A stretch of DNA of 64,000 nucleotides from an uncultured Actinomycetota bacterium (GTDB lineage: Bacteria > Actinomycetota > Actinomycetes > JAHEKZ01), in the NCBI GenBank assembly GCA_963718235.1, contig CAVQYR010000002.1:480001-544000 (forward strand), written 5' to 3'. Shown here piece after piece: positions 1 to 11,068 of the stretch. A program made the position numbers and the translations under genes. Numbering within the stretch: the first letter of the stretch is position 1; every line of letters begins with the position of its first letter. Under the pieces are notes generated by a model that searched no databases, was not told where the DNA came from, and saw only the letters and a program-made list of their open reading frames with translations.

Positions 1-870
1 CTGGCCAACGTGCAGGGCGGGTCGACCGGACTGCCCGTGCGTGCGCCGGTCAAGCGCGTCCCGCGGCTGCACGTCGCGAAGACGCCGAAGCCCTCAGGTG
101 CGCCGCCGAGCATCGCGGTGCTGGACCAGTGGAAGCGCACGGGCAACGGCTACCAGTACAGCGGCTGGCTCAAATGGCGGTTGGCGCAGGACTGGCGGTT
201 CCCGTACAAGGTGCTCCTGCCCGAGGAGGTCAACACCAAGACGATGCACAAGTACGACGTGCTCGTCGTCGGCAACGTCGACTCCACGCCCGTGTACCGA
301 CGCCTGGGGCACGACGGTCGCAAGGCCGTCTCCGACTGGGTGGATCGCGGCGGGCGGTACGTCGGCTGGCAGGAGGGGGCCTTGCTGGCCTCGGCGCTGG
401 GGATCTCCAAGGTGGGGATGGCCACGCCGAAGACCGAGTCGCCCGGGGCGATGATGCGGATCCGTACGCCGCAGGGGCTGAACGAGATCGAGTGGGACAG
501 CGACTACAACCTCGTCCTGACGCCGGGAACGGCCCGTGTTGTCGGCTCCTTCCCCAAGCGCATGTACGTATCCGGCTTCGCCAAGAGGTACAAGGCGTTG
601 GCCGGCACCGCACTGGAGACGGTCGAGAAGGTCGGTGGCGGAAGCGTGATCGTGTTCGGCTACGAGCCAAACTTCCGCGCGGTCGCCGACGGCTCGGCAG
701 GTCTGCTCAGGCAGGCGATCCTGCGAACGCCAACCGGCTCGGTGCCTTCGACGCCCCGAATGGCGCCCCGCAGGACGCACGAGAGCGTGCGGCCGTCGGT
801 CGTGCTCAACCTTGGCCACACCCGAGCCTGGCGCCTGGCCCATGAGAACGGGGAGGGACCGCCAGCCTGA
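1..870 (+). CDS. C-terminal part of a secreted peptidase-like protein with class I glutamine amidotransferase-like domain (probably M14 zinc carboxypeptidase family); starts before the window
   Basis: Frame open from base 1. 'YDVLVV...WVDRGGRYVGW...GGGSVIVFGYEPNFRA' matches the GATase-like tail of M14 peptidases. Confidence 0.6.
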   Translation: MANVQGGSTGLPVRAPVKRVPRLHVAKTPKPSGAPPSIAVLDQWKRTGNGYQYSGWLKWRLAQDWRFPYKVLLPEEVNTKTMHKYDVLVVGNVDSTPVYRRLGHDGRKAVSDWVDRGGRYVGWQEGALLASALGISKVGMATPKTESPGAMMRIRTPQGLNEIEWDSDYNLVLTPGTARVVGSFPKRMYVSGFAKRYKALAGTALETVEKVGGGSVIVFGYEPNFRAVADGSAGLLRQAILRTPTGSVPSTPRMAPRRTHESVRPSVVLNLGHTRAWRLAHENGEGPPA

Positions 871-1049
871 CCTGGCACTCAGCGCCTGTCGTAGAAGGAG
901 TGCCCCTCCCCATCGCGGAGTGACGTGGTGGCTGCGTTCGTTCTTCTGGGTGAGCGCGACGACGGGTAGTGCGTGTCGGGTGCATGGGTATCGGGCAGTC
1001 CGGCGTTGCAGAGATGGTGGGTTTCGTGCGTCGTCAGTACGCAGCAGTT

Positions 1050-1185
1050 GTCGGGGTGCCGTTGAAGTGCGTCACGGCCTCGCTGTCGATCAACTCCCAG
1101 ATCCGGCCGCTGTCGACCCTGCGCATGAAACGTGCCGCGCACCCACGGCCGTCACAGCCCAGGGCCAGCACCAGCCGTTGCAGTG
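1050..1185 (-). pseudogene. Remnant of an AMP-binding acyl-CoA synthetase gene
   Basis: Manual translation: HCNGWCWPWAVTAVGARHV / frameshift / MRRVDSGRIWELIDSEAVTHFNGTPT. This matches the FHCNGW-x-PW...VTHF-G-PT stretch of acyl-CoA synthetases. Confidence 0.7.
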
Positions 1186-2043
1186 CTAGGCGACGTCGGA
1201 GACCACGGTTGAGGGCGCCACCGCGATCGACTTGCCATCAGCGGCCAGTATCGAACGGGTTCCTGCCGCGGCGGCGGACTCGCCGGCGATGAACGTGCTG
1301 AGCTCAGCGATGGTGCTCATGATCGGCGACGGGAACACGACGGTGGTGTTCTTGTCCACACCGATCTCGACCAGACTCTGCAGGTTGCGCAGTTGGAGGG
1401 CCAGCGGATGGTCGACCATGATGTCCGACGCGTCACCGAGAGCCGCTGCAGCTAGGGACTCGCCCTCCGCATTGATGATCTTTGCTCGCTTCTCGCGCTC
1501 GGCTTCGGCCTGCTTGGCCACGGCCCGTTTCATGCTGTCGGGCAGCTGGATGTCCTTCAGCTCCACCAAGGTCACTTCCACCCCCCACTCGACGGTGGTG
1601 ATGTCGAGGATCTCGCGGATGTCCATGTTGATCCGGTCGGTTTCGGCCAGCGTCTCGTCCAGGGTGTGCTGGCCGACCACCTTGCGCAGCGTCGTCTGGG
1701 CGATCTGGTCAATCGCGGCGAGCACGTTCTCGATCGCGATCACCGACTTCACCGGATCGACTACGTGGTAGTAGGCGACGGCGGAGATGCCAACGCTGAC
1801 GTTGTCGCGCGTGATGATCCCCTGCGACTGGATCGGCATCGTCACGATTCGCAGGGACACCCGGTGCATCACGTCGACAAACGGGATGATTAGCCGCAAC
1901 CCCGGCTCCCGAACGCCATGCAGCCGGCCAAATCGGAGCACCACGCCCCGCTCGTACTGCTTGACGATCTTGATCGAGAGCGCGGCCAGCGCCACGACGA
2001 CCAGCAGGATGACGATGAGAACGACGATCTGCGCGGTGCTCAT
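1186..2043 (-). CDS. SPFH/band 7 (stomatin/slipin) family membrane protein
   Basis: N-terminal TM, '[11 protein letters not shown]', '[16 protein letters not shown]', '[17 protein letters not shown]'; GAGG RBS. Confidence 0.93.
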   Translation of the reverse strand: MSTAQIVVLIVILLVVVALAALSIKIVKQYERGVVLRFGRLHGVREPGLRLIIPFVDVMHRVSLRIVTMPIQSQGIITRDNVSVGISAVAYYHVVDPVKSVIAIENVLAAIDQIAQTTLRKVVGQHTLDETLAETDRINMDIREILDITTVEWGVEVTLVELKDIQLPDSMKRAVAKQAEAEREKRAKIINAEGESLAAAALGDASDIMVDHPLALQLRNLQSLVEIGVDKNTTVVFPSPIMSTIAELSTFIAGESAAAAGTRSILAADGKSIAVAPSTVVSDVA

Positions 2044-2274
2044 CAGGACCTCCTCGGAGGGATCGCCCTCTCCTAGAGGGTGCGCCCCCGGTGACCCTCA
2101 CGCGAGAGTCATAAGTTCTCAGCGCCTCATTCAGGACGGCGAGGGCCACCAGGGCGTGCACCAGAACGGTCACGGGGGTCGCCTATCGGACGGGCGTCGG
2201 CTCGCTGCTGGGCTGGCTGACGGCGATGAGGACTTCGCAGACAGCGAGGTCGCCGTGTCCCGGTTCAATCGGGG

Positions 2275-2733
2275 TCAGTCACGAGCGAGTTCGGTGAATC
2301 GCCAGTTCTCTTTCTCCACCCGCAGCACCGAGTAGGTGTCGACCTGGGTGATGCCGGGGATCGCGCGGATTGCGTCAAGGACTCGGATCATGTCGTTGTT
2401 GTTGCGGCAGACCAGTTCGGCCATGAGGTCGTAGCCGCCGAGGGTGCGTCCGAGGAAGATGATCTCGGGCAGCTCGCTCATGCGTTCGATGGTGCGGGCC
2501 ATCGCTGGGCCTTGGACGCGCGCAGCCAGGAATGAGTAGGACAGACCCAGAACCTCGGGGTCGACGTCGACGACGAACTTCACGCCGAAGTGGCGGATCA
2601 GGCGATGGATCCGTGCGCGGACGGTCGTGTCGGACACCCCAAGATCTCGGGCCAGTCTGACCAGCGGGGTGCGCGCGTCGTCCTGGAGTGCATCCAGGAT
2701 CCGAAGGTCGATATCGTCGAGGTCTGGGCCCAT
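2275..2733 (-). CDS. Lrp/AsnC family transcriptional regulator
   Basis: 'LDDIDLRILDALQDDAR...LGVSDTTVRARI' HTH and RAM domain 'GGYDL'. Confidence 0.92.
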   Translation of the reverse strand: MGPDLDDIDLRILDALQDDARTPLVRLARDLGVSDTTVRARIHRLIRHFGVKFVVDVDPEVLGLSYSFLAARVQGPAMARTIERMSELPEIIFLGRTLGGYDLMAELVCRNNNDMIRVLDAIRAIPGITQVDTYSVLRVEKENWRFTELARD

Positions 2734-2882
2734 GACACCGAGTATCGCGGAATCTCGGCGTATTGTTGCGGCTATTCGGTGTGGTCGCTTCGGCGGGCCT
2801 GTTTACTCGACGCGAGATGGCACCTACCGTGCTGGAGACGCCAAACCGCACCCGGCCTAGCTGCTGAGAGTGGGTCCACCGA

Positions 2883-4361
2883 ATGGTCGAAGACTTCTCG
2901 CGTCGGGGCTTCCTGAGTCGGGGTGCCGCCGTGGGTGCAGCCGTCGCCGTCGCGCCGACCGCACTCGCCTTCGCCCGGGGCGCCGAGACGGCCGCGGGGC
3001 CGAGGATCGTGATCGTCGGTGCCGGTCTGGCCGGGCTCAGCTGCGCGTACCGGCTCCAGGAGGCGGGCCTCGGGTGCACCGTCTACGAGGCCAACCCCAA
3101 GCGAATCGGCGGCCGCTGCTGGACGGCGCGCGGTTTCAGGTACGGGCAGACCGCCGAGCACGGCGGCGAGTTCATCGACACCCGTCACCGGCGGATCCGC
3201 GCCTTGGCCCGGGGCTTCGGGCTGGAGCTGAACGACCTCTACGGCGAGCCCATCGGGGGCAGCGGCCGCCGGTGGCTGGACGGCGCGCTGCGCGCAGCCC
3301 CGCGTCACCGGTCCGACTGGCAGACCTTCCAGCGTGAGATCTACCGGACTGCGCGACGGATCGGTCGCTGGGACTATCGGAACCCGACACGGGCGGCGCA
3401 GGCCCTGGACGAGATGACCGCCGCGGACTGGGTGGAGGAACACGTTCCGGGTGGCATGGGCGGCGTCGCTGGGGGTCTGATCGGTGTCTGGCTTGCAGGT
3501 GACCTGGGGCTCGACCCCGACAAGCTCAGCGCGATCGGCCTGATCGCCGAGTGGGTCGTCCCCGCTCCAGGTGCCGACTCCCGCTACTCGATCAGAGGGG
3601 GCAACGATCAGCTCGTGACGCGGCTGGCCGACTCGCTCCCGGACGGAACGGTCCGGATGGACGCTCCACTGGAGCGCCTGAGCAAGCGGTCGGACGGTAC
3701 CTACGAGATGCGCTTCGGCGGCATTGCGAAGACGGTGCGGGCCGACCATCTCGTGCTCGCCCTGCCGTTCACGACGCTCCGCGAGGTCGACCTGGGGGGT
3801 GTGGGGTTCTCGCGCAAGCGCCGCGAGTGCATCCAGCGGCTAGGCATGGGTACCAATGCGAAGGTGCTGATGCAGCTCGAGGACCCGCCTCAGCGCTACG
3901 GCCGCTGGAGCGGCGACATGGTCAGTGATGACCCTTATCTGTTCACCTGGGACAGCACGCTGAGCCAGCCGGGGCGCGGCAGCATCATCACCACCTTCCT
4001 GGGCGGCCGCTCGGGCGCTGGGGGGCTCACGGCCACACGAGCCCACGGGCCGAGTCCTGGGACCGTGATCCAAAGCACTTTCCGCGACGTGAGTCGGGGC
4101 GGTGCGACCAGGATTCCGGGCCTCCGGGCCGGCTTCAACGGCACCACCTGGACCGACAAGTGGGTGCTCGACCCCTGGACCAGGGGCTCCTACGCCGCTT
4201 TCCTGCCCGGGCAGTACACCCGCTACTACGGCTACGCGGGCCGGTCGGAGGGCCGGGTTCGTTTCGCCGGCGAGCACACACAGACCGACGCCCAGGGCTA
4301 CCTCGAGGGCGCGGTCGCGTCCGGAGAGAAGGCGGCCGCCTCGATCGTCGCCGAGACCTGA
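2883..4361 (+). CDS. Tat-exported flavin monoamine oxidase family protein
   Basis: SRRGFL twin-arginine signal; GAGLAGL FAD motif; GGRCWT; 'FAGEHT...GYLEGAVASG'. Confidence 0.9.
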   Translation: MVEDFSRRGFLSRGAAVGAAVAVAPTALAFARGAETAAGPRIVIVGAGLAGLSCAYRLQEAGLGCTVYEANPKRIGGRCWTARGFRYGQTAEHGGEFIDTRHRRIRALARGFGLELNDLYGEPIGGSGRRWLDGALRAAPRHRSDWQTFQREIYRTARRIGRWDYRNPTRAAQALDEMTAADWVEEHVPGGMGGVAGGLIGVWLAGDLGLDPDKLSAIGLIAEWVVPAPGADSRYSIRGGNDQLVTRLADSLPDGTVRMDAPLERLSKRSDGTYEMRFGGIAKTVRADHLVLALPFTTLREVDLGGVGFSRKRRECIQRLGMGTNAKVLMQLEDPPQRYGRWSGDMVSDDPYLFTWDSTLSQPGRGSIITTFLGGRSGAGGLTATRAHGPSPGTVIQSTFRDVSRGGATRIPGLRAGFNGTTWTDKWVLDPWTRGSYAAFLPGQYTRYYGYAGRSEGRVRFAGEHTQTDAQGYLEGAVASGEKAAASIVAET

Positions 4362-4431
4362 CAGATCCCGTCCCGTTGGGGCGCGCGTGGTTGGTAGGTT
4401 CGCCCACCCACAACAGCTTCGGAGGACGACC

Positions 4432-6441
4432 ATGCCGCGCGATCCTCGCTTCGACGTTCTCTTCGAGCCGGTTCGGATCGGACCGGTGACGGCCCCGAAC
4501 CGCTTCTACCAGGTTCCCCACTGCACGGGCATGGGCTACCGGCGGCCCCAGACGCTCGCCGCGATGCGCGAGGTGAAGGCTGAGGGCGGGTGGGGCACGG
4601 TGTGCACCGAGTACTGCTCGATCCACCCAACCTCTGACGACGAGCCCTATCCCTCTGCCTCCTTGTGGGACGACCAGGACATCGACCGGCACGCGCTCAT
4701 GGTTGACAAGGTCCACGCCCACGGTGCTCTCGCCGGCGTCGAGCTCTGGCACGGAGGCGCCGCGAGCGCGAACCACTACTCGCGTGAGGCCCCGCTCGGC
4801 CCGGCCAGCGTTCCGGCCGGTGTCTACGACCCGGTTCAGACCCGGGCGATGGACAAGGCCGACATCCGGGAGTTCAAGCGCTGGCACGTCGAGGCGGCCC
4901 GACGGGCGCAGCGAGCAGGGTTCGACATTGTCTATGTCTATGCGGCTCACGGATATCTGATCCGGCAGTTCCTGCTGCCGTCTAACCAGCGTGCCGATGA
5001 GTACGGCGGCTCACTGGAGAACCGGGGCCGACTCCTGCGTGAGCTGATCATGGAGACGAAGGAGGCTATCGGGGACACGTGTGCGGTGGCGGTGCGGTTC
5101 TCCGCGAGCACCGGTGGTCCCGATGACGACCAGGACACGCGGGAGCCCCGGGAGATGTTGGAGAGCATGGCGGATCTGGCGGACCTGTGGGACATCACCG
5201 TGCACGACTACAGCTACGAGATGGGAACCTCGCGGTTCACCCCTGAAGCCGCACTCGAGGCGACGATGTCATGGGTCAAGGGAGCGACGGACAAGCCGGT
5301 CGTCAGCGTGGGGCGCTTCACCTCGCCGGAGACGATGCTGCGGCTCGTGCGTGACGGCGTCATCGACCTCGTGGGGGCGGCCCGCCCGTCGATCGCCGAT
5401 CCGTTCCTGCCCCAGAAGATCTCCGAAGGTCGTGACGACGAGATCCGGGAGTGCATCGGCTGCAACATCTGCTACGCGGGTGACCAGCTGGGCACGCCGA
5501 TCCGTTGTACCCAGAACCCCACGATGGGCGAAGAGTGGCGGAAGGGGTGGCATCCGGAGCGCATCCCGGTCAAGGGATCGGAAGCGAAGATCCTGATCGT
5601 CGGTGGGGGTCCCGCCGGTCTCGAAGCGGCGGTGTCACTCGGCAAGCGAGGCTACGCCATCTCCCTGGCGGAGGCCCGCCGAGTGCTTGGGGGTCGGGTC
5701 ACCCTGGAGGCGTCGTTGCCAGGCCTTGCCCAGTGGGCGCGGGTTCGTGACTGGCGCCTCAACCAGATCGAGAAGCTCGCGAACGTCGATGTCTTCCTGG
5801 ACAGCACGATCGACGAGGAACAGATCCTCGAGTTCGCCCCGGACCGCGTGGTGGTCGCAACCGGCGCCAGGTGGCGCAAGGACGGGCTTGGTCGTTGGCA
5901 TACGTCACCGATACCGGGGTCGGACTCCGCATCGATTCTCACGCCGGACGACGTCATGGCTGGCGCAATACCAGGCGGGCCGGTGGTCGTGTTTGACGAC
6001 GAGCACTACTACATGGGCGGGGTCATCGCCGAAGCCCTGCGACGGGTCGGCCTCGAGGTCACCTTGGTGACTCCCGCGAATGAGGTGTCGACCTGGACGA
6101 CGCACACCGACGAGCAGCATCGCATCCAGGCGAGGATCCTCAGGCTCGGCATCACGGTCGAGACGGGGACCGCCCTGGCCAGTGTCAATGCGGGCTCGGT
6201 GACCCTCGAGTCCATCCATACCGGGGCTGCGCGGGAGGTCGAGGCGGCGAGCGTGGTGATGGTCACCTCCCGTGAGCCCACGGACTCCCTGTACTACGCG
6301 CTGCACGGTCGCATTCCGATCCGCCGCATCGGTGACTGTCTCGCGCCGGGCACGATCGCTACCGCGGTCTACTCGGGACACCGTTACGCGCGCGAGGCCG
6401 ATGCCGCGGTGCCGATCCAGTCATGGTTCTCGCGGGAGTAG
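4432..6441 (+). CDS. Histamine/trimethylamine dehydrogenase family flavin-FeS oxidoreductase
   Basis: ATG 4432 after GGAGG. 'NRFYQVPHC' (covalent FMN Cys), 'YAAHGY', 'CIGCNIC...C' 4Fe-4S motif, 'GGGPAGLEAA'. Confidence 0.9.
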   Translation: MPRDPRFDVLFEPVRIGPVTAPNRFYQVPHCTGMGYRRPQTLAAMREVKAEGGWGTVCTEYCSIHPTSDDEPYPSASLWDDQDIDRHALMVDKVHAHGALAGVELWHGGAASANHYSREAPLGPASVPAGVYDPVQTRAMDKADIREFKRWHVEAARRAQRAGFDIVYVYAAHGYLIRQFLLPSNQRADEYGGSLENRGRLLRELIMETKEAIGDTCAVAVRFSASTGGPDDDQDTREPREMLESMADLADLWDITVHDYSYEMGTSRFTPEAALEATMSWVKGATDKPVVSVGRFTSPETMLRLVRDGVIDLVGAARPSIADPFLPQKISEGRDDEIRECIGCNICYAGDQLGTPIRCTQNPTMGEEWRKGWHPERIPVKGSEAKILIVGGGPAGLEAAVSLGKRGYAISLAEARRVLGGRVTLEASLPGLAQWARVRDWRLNQIEKLANVDVFLDSTIDEEQILEFAPDRVVVATGARWRKDGLGRWHTSPIPGSDSASILTPDDVMAGAIPGGPVVVFDDEHYYMGGVIAEALRRVGLEVTLVTPANEVSTWTTHTDEQHRIQARILRLGITVETGTALASVNAGSVTLESIHTGAAREVEAASVVMVTSREPTDSLYYALHGRIPIRRIGDCLAPGTIATAVYSGHRYAREADAAVPIQSWFSRE

Positions 6442-6592
6442 GACCTGCGCGTTCCGTCGCACGGTCGGACCGCCCGTGCTGCCAACAAGTGGAGGTTACG
6501 GCCGAACGGCGGCAGGCCTGCCGGTCCATGCAGGCCCACCGCGCCCCAGTGGCCGAAGCTTGTCGAGCCTGGCCGATCGAGGGCTCCGACCG

Positions 6593-6985
6593 CTACGCCT
6601 GCGCCTTCTTCGCCATCAATCCCTCAATGACCTTGGCTTGTGCGGCCAGTGCGCCACTGCTGCTGAACTGGATGATCTCGGCCCCTTCCTCTGAGATGAA
6701 GTTGTGCGGAGCCGGCCAGTAGCACACGTCGCCGGCCTTGCACACCTCAGTGGTCCCGTCCTTGTAGATGACACTCATCGAGCCGCTGATGACGTAGGCG
6801 TGGTGAGGAACCCCGCACAGACCGTCCGGCATTGGCGCCAGCAACTGCGTGAAGTCAGTACCTGGCTCAAAGTGGTGGTAGGCGCACTGCATGTCGCCCC
6901 AGACTTCCTGCCAGATCTTGAGGCCCGGGGTGTTCTGGGTGACGAAGTCGTCAACCGGTTCCATATCCGCCAGTTGGCTTCTCAT
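6593..6985 (-). CDS. Cupin domain protein
   Basis: 'LCGVPHHAYVISG...AGDVCYWPAPHN'; AGGAGGAG RBS. Confidence 0.82.
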   Translation of the reverse strand: MRSQLADMEPVDDFVTQNTPGLKIWQEVWGDMQCAYHHFEPGTDFTQLLAPMPDGLCGVPHHAYVISGSMSVIYKDGTTEVCKAGDVCYWPAPHNFISEEGAEIIQFSSSGALAAQAKVIEGLMAKKAQA

Positions 6986-7151
6986 GGTCTTGCTCCTCCT
7001 TGTGCCTCACCCGACCGGCGGTGATGCCGAGTTGTCCGAAACCAGACCCGGTCGCCTGGACCATGCGATGAGCAGCCGACCTTGCTTCCGGTCGCCCAAT
7101 GAGTCGATTATCGAGGGTGGAGCGTCCGTCGGATCGAAGCGCCCATCGGGT

Positions 7152-7163
7152 TCACCCGGGTGA
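7152..7163. promoter_or_regulatory. Palindromic operator TCACCCGGGTGA (copy 1), upstream of the cupin gene
   Basis: Perfect palindrome, extending to TTCACCCGGGTGAA. Minus-strand GATAAT at 7107-7112 lies 39 nt away. Confidence 0.65.
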
Positions 7164-7286
7164 ATGCACACGGATGGGCGAGTTGAATCAACTTCGGCGT
7201 CATGCCGCCCTGCGCCCGTCGGTAGGATCCCTCAGCACTGAGCACGACGTCCGCTCGGCTCGCTGGGATTCCTCATCGAAGGGTTC

Positions 7287-7679
7287 GTGATGTTCAACGA
7301 CAACGGCTCGTTCCTGCTGGCGCTGTTCGAGTTCTTTCTGTTCTTCGCTTGGTTCATGTGTCTGTTCTGGGTCTTCGCGGACATCTTCCGCAGCAAGGAT
7401 CTCGGGGGTGGAGGCAAGACGCTCTGGGTGCTGTTCGTCATCGTGGTCCCCTTGTTGGGCGTGCTCATCTACCTCATCGCCCGTGGGGGCGGCATGCAGG
7501 AGCGACAGCTGGAGCAGACCAAGGAGGCGCAGCAAGCACAGGCCGCCTACATCCAGTCCGTGGCGGGAGCCTCAGGCAGTGCCACCGACCAGATCGCCTC
7601 AGCGAAGGGCTTGCTTGACAGCGGGACCATCACCCAGGCCGAGTTCGACCAGATCAAGGCGAAGGCACTCGCCGGTTGA
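7287..7679 (+). CDS. PLDc N-terminal / SHOCT domain membrane protein
   Basis: 'DIFRSKDLGGGGKTLW...PLLGVLIYLIARG'; C-terminal 'LLDSGTITQAEFDQIKAKAL'. Confidence 0.88.
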   Translation: MMFNDNGSFLLALFEFFLFFAWFMCLFWVFADIFRSKDLGGGGKTLWVLFVIVVPLLGVLIYLIARGGGMQERQLEQTKEAQQAQAAYIQSVAGASGSATDQIASAKGLLDSGTITQAEFDQIKAKALAG

Positions 7680-7777
7680 TCGCTGACTTGCACCTGGGCG
7701 GTGCGTGGGGCACGACCCTGCGGACTCCTCCCTGGTGAGGCTGCAGGCGACGGCACTGGGATCCGGCGAGACGGCGG

Positions 7778-9530
7778 TCAAGAGGTCCCGTCGCGCTCCT
7801 CAGGGGGCTGGGCCGGGTCGATACCCGAGGCCGACTCCTCCTGGATCCCACGCACCGCCAGGTCGACGGTCGGGTAGACGTGCTCTCGGGTGAACGTGGC
7901 GAACAGCCCGTACCGGTGCAGGAGGTCCTCGATCGGTGTACGCATCTCGACGAACACCACGTTGACGCCTCGTGCGTTCAAGTCGTTGTCCAGGTGCTCC
8001 AGCATGTCGGCCGCCGTGACGTCGACGTCGGTGACCGCCGAGAACTCGAGGATGACCCATCGCGGTTCCCGGCTTCGGACGAGCTTTCGGATCTCCTGCC
8101 GGAAGGTGCCCGCGTTCGCGAAGAACAGCGGCGCCTCCCACCGATAGACGACGACTCCGTCGGCTTCCTCAGCCTCCGGGTACTGCTGCGTGCTGTGCCA
8201 GCCATCCAGATCGCGGACCCGGCCCAGAACCTCGCCCTCCGGCCACCAGTTGCGCCGGAAGAACAGCAGGATCGACAGCACCACTGCGATCAGGATTCCC
8301 TCCAGGACGCCGAACAGAATGACGCCGAGGGAGGTGACCAGCGAGACGATGAGCGCGGACCGACGCATGCGGTAGTAGGTGTGAAGGATGCTGATGTTGA
8401 TCAGCGTCAAGGCCGCCGTGATCACAACGGCAGCCAGCGCTGGCTGGGGGAGGTTCTGGAGAAGTGAGGGCAGGAAGAGCAGAAGCACTGCCACGATGCC
8501 CGCACCGGCGAGTCCAGTGACTTGCGACTTCGAGCCCGATTGCTCGGCGACCGCCGTGCGCGAACCGCTCGCCGAGATTGCGAATCCCTGGAACAGACCC
8601 GCGGCGGCGTTGGCCGCGCCCATGCCGATCATCTCCTGGTTGGGGTGGACGGCGTCACCTCGGCGGGCGGCGAAGCTGGTCGATGTGGCGATCGTGTCGG
8701 TCAGGGACACGAGCACGATCCCGAGCGACGCCGCCAACAGTGGACCGATCGTCTCGAGCGACACGGACGGAAAGGCTGCGCTCGGGAGTCCTTGCGGCAG
8801 AGCGCCGACGACGTCGACTCCCTGCTCGGACAGGTCGAGGACTCCTGTCACCACGGTGGCGCCAACTACGGCAACGAGCACCGCGGGGATCTTCGTGGTG
8901 ACACGAGGGAGGATCAGCATGACAGCCAGCGTGGCCAGGCCGATCGCGAGGGCCGTCGTGTTCGTCTGGTCCAGCCCTTCAACGAACAGCTTCACCTCCT
9001 CGACGAACCCGTCAGCGTCGGTCGAGAAGCCAAAGAGCTTGGGCAGCTGGCCGACGATGATCGTGATCGCGAGGCCGTTCATGTAGCCGACCTGCACCTC
9101 CTTGGAGAGCAGGTCCGCAACGAATCCGAGCTTGCCGAGGCCGAGGCCGACCTCGATCGCGCCGACCATCAGTGCCATCATGCCGGCGAGGGCGACGGCC
9201 TCGGCGGGATCGTCGGTGACGAGCAGCGGAACGATGGCGGCGAAGATCAGCGGGGCCACGGACGAGTCGGGACCCAGCACCAGGATGCGCGAAGGGCCGA
9301 AGATCGCGTAGCCCGACGAGGCAGGCGATCGTCGTGTACAGACCGTTGACGGCTGGGACGCCGGCGAGCTCAGCGTAGGCCATACCCTGCGGTACGAGGA
9401 TGGCAGCCAGGACCACTCCGGCGATGAAGTCGTTGCGCAGCCAGGAGCGGCGATAGGACCGGAGCATGCCCACGCCGGGCGCCCATCGCTGGAGGGCTCC
9501 TTGCTTCGTGCTCACCGTCGTTGCGTCCAT
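7778..9530 (-). CDS. SulP family inorganic anion transporter with STAS domain; +1 frameshift at ~9312-9314
   Basis: N-part 'DFIAGVVLAAILVPQGMAYAELAG' (start 9530) joins 'YAIFGPSRILVLGPDSS' if one G of GGG is removed. STAS motifs 'APLFFANA', 'DVDVTA'. Confidence 0.88.
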
Positions 9531-9531
9531 A

Positions 9532-10810
9532 TCAGCTTGACGATAGCGTGCTGGTCCGCTGGAGGTGGCGCCGTACACGTGGCTCGGGCATCTCGACCAA
9601 TTCCGGCAGGTCGTCGGATCCAGAACGGATCTTTGCGCCGTAGCTCGCGGAGAGCGGCCGGGCGGTGAGTCCGTGCAGGAGCACCGACAGGAGGATCGTC
9701 CACGTGGCGACCTCGAACAGCGGTGTCTCGATGGTCGTCCCCTTGAGCTCCTCGAGGGCAATCAAGGAGAAGACGACGGAGGCGAGCCCGCGCGGACCGA
9801 ACCATCCCATGAAGCCGATCGTCAGCGTTCGGAAGCCCGTGCCCAGCAGCGCGACGCCGACGGGAACCATGCGGATCAGGGTCAGGCTGAGTACGGCATA
9901 GACGACCGCGGAGGCATCGAGGTCACCAGCGAGCACCGGCCCCGCGAAGTAAGCGCCGAAGATGACCCAGACCAGGAGCGAGGCGAACAGCGCGACGTCC
10001 TCCGTGAAGGAGATCGCGCCCCGGTTGCCCTCATCGACCGCGCCGAAGGCCAGCCCGGCGACAAACGCGCTCACGAACCCGTTGCCACCAAGCTGGACGG
10101 ACCCGATGTAGGCGACAAAGGCCAGAGCGAGGACGAACAGCTGCCTCGACGTGTGCGACGACCACGCTCGCTTCGTCGCCACCACGAGCACTCTGCCCCC
10201 GAGCGCACCGACCACGACCGCAACGGCTACTGCGATCGCGATCTGCATCGAGCGCATCGACCACAGGCGAGCCGCCTTCCGTCGTGACCTCGCCGACGAC
10301 CGCGGCGAGGAAGACCGTGACGAACGGTGTGGCGATGCCGTCGTTGAGGCCGCTCTCGATGTTGAGTGCCCTTCGGATCCGGACGGGGACCGCCTTGTCC
10401 GTCACGACCGCCATGCCGAGCGCTGCATCCGTCGGGGCCAGCACGGCTGCGATGAGGGCAGCTTCCGCCCACGTCACGCCGGGTACCACCAACATCGCCA
10501 CGAGGGCACCCAGGCCGAGGGTGAGCAGCAGCCCGACGCTCAGCAGCCGCACCGGCAGGCTGGCGTCACCTTTGAGGTCACGGATCGGCACCGTTGTCGC
10601 GTCGGCGAACAGCAGCGCCGCGAGCGTCAGTTCCGTGAAGGTGAGGACGACGTGGCTTCCGCCTTGCACGTGGAGCAGGTCGGCTCCTTCGGGCCCGAGG
10701 GCCAGACCAGCTGCCACGAACACCATCGGGGCGCTGATCCACAGTCGGTCGAGTCGCCGCGAGAAGGCGCCGTAGCCCACGGCCACGACCAACAGGATCA
10801 GCCCGCCCAC
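9532..10810 (-). CDS. Cation:proton antiporter (CPA1/NhaP-like); frameshift at ~10249
   Basis: GTG 10810 after GAGGAG. 'LAPTDAALG...LNIESGLNDG' in the first frame, 'GWFGPRGLASVVF' in the second. Confidence 0.85.
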
Positions 10811-11068
10811 GATTCTCCTCCGGGGAAGCGACTCCAGCGCCGCGCACTTGCGCAGATGCATCTTCGCAGCATGAGAGCCGAGCGCAAGGGACCAAAGGAC
10901 CGGGAACGTCAGCCGATCGTCCCCGATCGTCCGGGGCGTCGATGGAGCCGTGCGTCTGAGCGGGGCGCCGACTCGGTTGCCCCGATGTGACCGAGGCTGC
11001 GACAATCCCACCGGTATGAGGACCGCAGACAGAGCACCCCGTCCGCCGACGACGGGCCGGGTGCCGAG

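Noticed and set aside
1186-1188. TAG read-through (pyrrolysine or recoding) from SPFH into the in-frame downstream fragment
   Set aside because: The fragment frameshifts after 19 codons, belongs to an unrelated family, and no pyl genes are present.
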